A stretch of DNA of 64,000 bases from Psammoneis japonica. Its lineage: Eukaryota. The notes beneath the pieces were generated by a model. The model worked only from the letters and a program-made list of their open reading frames with translations. It was not told where the DNA came from and did no database searches. The position numbers were made by a program, and so were the translations under genes. Shown here one piece after another: positions 60,330-64,000 of the stretch. The DNA lies in NCBI GenBank assembly GCA_008632985.1, contig QPGO01000006.1, forward strand, positions 186,001-250,000, in the 5' to 3' direction. Numbering within the stretch: position 1 is the stretch's first letter; the number at the start of each line of letters is the position of its first letter.

Positions 60330-61030
60330 GCACTTTGTCAAAGGCACAACTTGGCTGCACAGAAGCATCTGGCCCAAAACAGGCTTGATTGAGGAAGCTT
60401 GTCATCTGATGGTTTCTGATTTGGCAACAATTTTGTTCAGATGCATCGCACCACCCAGCCAAGCCCCATGACAAGAAGACTGCTGGAAGCCAAGCTGTTG
60501 ACCCTCACTCCCTAAAACGCCAGCTGAGGTGCCAGCTGATGTTGACAAACAACAGCCCCAGCAATTGGCACAAGCACCAGTTTGTCCTGGCAGAATGCAG
60601 CTGGTGCAGCTCTGTGGAAAAGCTCAAGTCAATGCATGAACAGCCTGCTCTTTGCACAACTCCATCCATGAAGCATGTGAGATGCTGCTGCATCTAACAG
60701 CCACAGCAGAAATGCCCAAGTGTTGTGGCTGGCTTGGAAAGTTCCTGTTGACAACAACAAGAAGCAGTGGCACCAAAAATGTTGTGTCATCATTGCAACT
60801 TTGGCCAGGAATGCCCCACCCACTCACTGTTGCAGAGGAGGCAGCAGCCACAGAGCAGCTCATTTTGTCTCCACATGCTGTGACAGGAGCATGTGGTTTT
60901 TTAGCGGCCAATCTGCAATTGCCAAATTTGCTTGATGGAGACCATGTGTGGCAGTGATTTGGTCAAAAATGAAAAGGGCTTTGGGGCTCACAAAAAAGTT
61001 GTTTTTGCAAGGGATTTGTCACAGGGAAAA
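60330..61030 (+). pseudogene. Decayed copy of the 5' part of kinase A (32552..33811)
   Basis: ctgatttggcaacaattttgttcagatgcat vs ctgatttggcaacaattttgttcggatgcat; ccacatgctgtgac vs ccgtatgctgtgac. Confidence 0.85.
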
Positions 61031-61813
61031 GATGCAGTCATTCTCTTGTTCAGTTGCAGACTCAGTGCTTCAAAAAATGGCCTTGGTTGGCCAATTTGAC
61101 CTTGGCTCAAACTTCACACATTCCTCCTGAGATGAGCACAGTGCTCTCTGCCATTGTTCACCTGAGTGCGCTCAGCTTGCAAGTTTGCAGCTGGCAGGGC
61201 AGCAGGTGCAAGAAGCCAGTGCTCACAACTGAGCAATGTCATCAGCACACCAGGTTGCTCAGAGCAGTGTGCCACCACTGCAAAGGTTGCTGTGGGCACC
61301 CAACAAAGTGTGCCCCCCCTTCAACTAGCAGAGACAAGAAAGAACATTTCCTGAAAACACTCCCCTGATGGCAGCCATGTGCCAGAGGGCAACTTGGCAC
61401 AAAAGCGGCTTTTGTCTGCCAGCACGTGCCAAGAGAGCAGCATTTTTCATTTCCATCTGAGCCAAACTGTTGCAACAAGATCATGTGCCAAAACCCCAAG
61501 AGACAGAAAAACCAGCAGAACTTGCTGAGGGCCGAGGGCAAAAGCAAAACTCACAACCCAGCAGCCAGGCAAGATTCAGAGTTGTGGCTGTTAGAGTCAA
61601 CATGCACTGCAGGCTTGGCAAGCATTTGGTGGGAACTTTGTTGAATTGCACAGTGTCCGTTTTGATTGGTCCCGCAATTTTTGCAGACACGACTCGACAT
61701 GATGGAGCCATGATGTTTTCCTTCTTTTTGAAAATTTGGCCACTGCGCGTGGACGGCATTGCATCAATTTTTGCTCATGTGCCAATCCACAACACAGGGT
61801 GTGGTTCTTCACC

Positions 61814-62047
61814 ATGACAAGGATTGTTGCTGCTCTCACGGTCTTTGCATGGGCCTTTTTGGCCATGGTTTTTCCAGCTCAAGCTGGTTGCCACGTTTTG
61901 TGTCGCCACAGGAGGGAAACTGTCAATGACAAGGACACAAGAAACAACAAGATTGATGGAGACAAGATGGCCCAAGACTTTGTAGAGTGGCAGATGATCA
62001 ACGAGGAACAGAGGATGGCACAGGAACTGTCCATGTCCATGTCTTGA
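61814..62047 (+). pseudogene. Probable decayed small secreted protein ending in SMSMS
   Basis: Signal-like MTRIVAALTVFAWAFLAMVFPAQA and a C-terminal SMSMS of the kind seen in diatom proteins; Tyr-free and TA-poor. Confidence 0.35.
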
Positions 62048-62741
62048 GCCTGTGTGAGATCTCCGAGGCTCAGTCGATGTGTGCAGGGGGGTGGAAGATG
62101 AGGATTGCAGCGGTCGGTGGCTGCTTAGATGATGAAGAAAAGGGCGAACAAACTTGTCGTGCAGTGACATAATCAGAATGTAGGCTTTTTAGCCAGCATC
62201 TTTATCTTTTTCTCCTCTTCATCTGCCGTTTGTGTCGTCATTTTCCTCCACCAATTGTGCACTGGATCAAAAGATCTATTCGCGACACTCTACCCTCCAG
62301 TCCTGGGGGTTGCGAGAATTGTGCCATGACTCATGACCGCCATTCTGCATCGTGTCTCGCTCATGCGACACCTCGTAGCGGTAGTTATGGGTTGCCATTC
62401 GGTCAACAACATGTGTTCGAGTAGGGCCCTAGTCAGAACCGCAGCGCCACTCGCTCTAGTAAACGACCTGTGCTATTGTGACAGAAGCACACTTATGACT
62501 CATTCTAACGAGAATTTCGGCATTGTCGGAGACGGTTACCGTGCATAAAAATATGGTATGGACGAAAGGCGGACGACGATGAAGAGTTCAACTCTGTGGA
62601 TTCGCATCTACAGTATCACTCAGAATCTTTTACATTCTTCTAACTTACTGTTTCGGATGCCGGCATATGGCATATGGATGTGTCTCACACAAAAGATATT
62701 GCGAAAAACTGTGTGTACAGCAGATGGAATCCATGGGCGTG

Positions 62742-63480
62742 CTACCACTTTGTCACTCGAGTCTCTGCGGATTTGATGAGACGACACGACACGCATAGCA
62801 TTCCGCATCGTGTGCCCCGCGCAGGTGAGAGACTTGGACGACGAAAAGAATGCAAATCACAATAGAATAGACCACTCGTAGTACATACCTTGTGGAAGTC
62901 GATCTCGCAAATAGTACAGCTTCGCTCGCTTAATTTTCTTTTTACCTTTGTGTACAAAATTCTCCTCCAGCACCTTGAGAGACTTCAAGAGCGGCGAGTG
63001 CAGAGGTATTTTGCGTTCAATGGTTTCTCCAAACACAACGTCCCGCAGAATCACAGAAGACCCCAAGCCACGATTCACTCGTCCCAAGACAACACCACGA
63101 ATCTTTTCGATATCCTTTCCATTCACGCCGCCTGTAGCAACCATTTCAATCTCAATCGCATCACCCACCCGAAAGGGCACCTTGAGGACGGACGGATTCT
63201 TTTCTGTAGATTCGAGAACTGATTCTTGGTTGAGAGTTTCAAATAGTTTCGAAGCGCGTTTACGAGGCGACTTGAACTTGGGTGAGGGATATCGAGGGCG
63301 TTTCCCGTGATGAAAGTACGGCATGTCTCGAGGAGCGACACCGCCGGGAGGAGAAGTACTGGTTGAAGTCGTGCTACTCATACTAGCAGCCACGGTGTTC
63401 ACGGCACCGCCTGTATGACCATTCATGAGGGATCTCCATGGCCTTGTGATTGTTCCAATGGACAAGGTGGGACGCAACAT
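62742..63480 (-). CDS. MRPL19: Organellar (probably mitochondrial) ribosomal protein bL19; intron 62765-62888
   Basis: FRVGDAIEI, GVVLGRVNRGLGSSVILR, IERKIPLHSP, KRAKLYYLRD; R/S/T-rich transit-like N-terminus; last exon ETRVTKW. Confidence 0.9.
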
Positions 63481-63719
63481 GTCTACGATTCAGTTCTAAG
63501 GACTCCCTCTCACCCACTCTCTACCACAGTACGCTACGCGTGTCGCGATTGTTTTTGCGATGCGTGATGTATAGGGCCCTAGGTATCTGCGTCGTGCGTG
63601 CTTCCTCGTCGTCTGACCCGTGGCCACCACGCACCGCTGACGTGACAGAGCATCATTTTTCAAAGCGCACTGTGAGAACAATTTTTCATGCAGAATTGCC
63701 AAGAAGATGGATGGGGAGG

Positions 63720-64000
63720 ATGGAGGTCGCTGCTGTTTTCCATCGACTCAAAACTCCTGATCACTGCCTCCTTCTGTGAGCAGAAACTCTGTGCAAAACA
63801 CCAAAGCAATCAATGAAATGGAACAAGAAGGGGAGCTGATGGATCCTTTGAAGACACAAAAGCTGTCTGGAGGTGTTTGTCCTCAGTTGTTCAAGAAGAC
63901 AGATGAGCTTGTTTTTGTTGGATGGAGGAGCTGCACTGTCCAAACAACCACAAAAAACTCACACCCTCCAAAGCTGTCATGGGCAGCTTTTTAAATGTGC
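63720..64000. other. Start of TpA/CpG-depleted domain 7
   Basis: TA and CG almost absent to the end of the window. Confidence 0.65.

Larger units (their letters stand above)
59170..62150. other. TpA/CpG-depleted domain 6
   Basis: Covers the dead GH99 and kinase copies. Confidence 0.85.

Overview
This is eukaryotic nuclear DNA, almost certainly from a diatom: it has GT-AG introns, an Lhcr-type antenna gene with an AFAP plastid signal, helicase-associated (HA) domain relics and a Copia relic. About 16 intact or near-intact genes sit in islands of normal composition. Many encode secretory-pathway or glycan-modifying enzymes: GT90/CAP10-like, a GT90-GT90-GH99 fusion, a sulfotransferase, an SGNH-like protein, four membrane-anchored kinases, a sugar dehydrogenase-PKD-multicopper oxidase-B-lectin fusion and an FN2-PhoX fusion. 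The islands alternate with about seven sharply bounded domains of decayed transposons and dead gene copies in which both CpG and TpA are almost gone. Comparing live genes with their dead copies in this window shows CG->TG/CA and also TA->TG/CA changes. The TA change runs opposite to fungal RIP and points to a repeat- or heterochromatin-targeted A->G mutator, which is the most striking signal here. An inverted segmental duplication (about 33-38.7 kb versus 58.7-61 kb) with reciprocal gene loss gives the internal control. All alignments were made by eye and boundaries of decayed elements are approximate.
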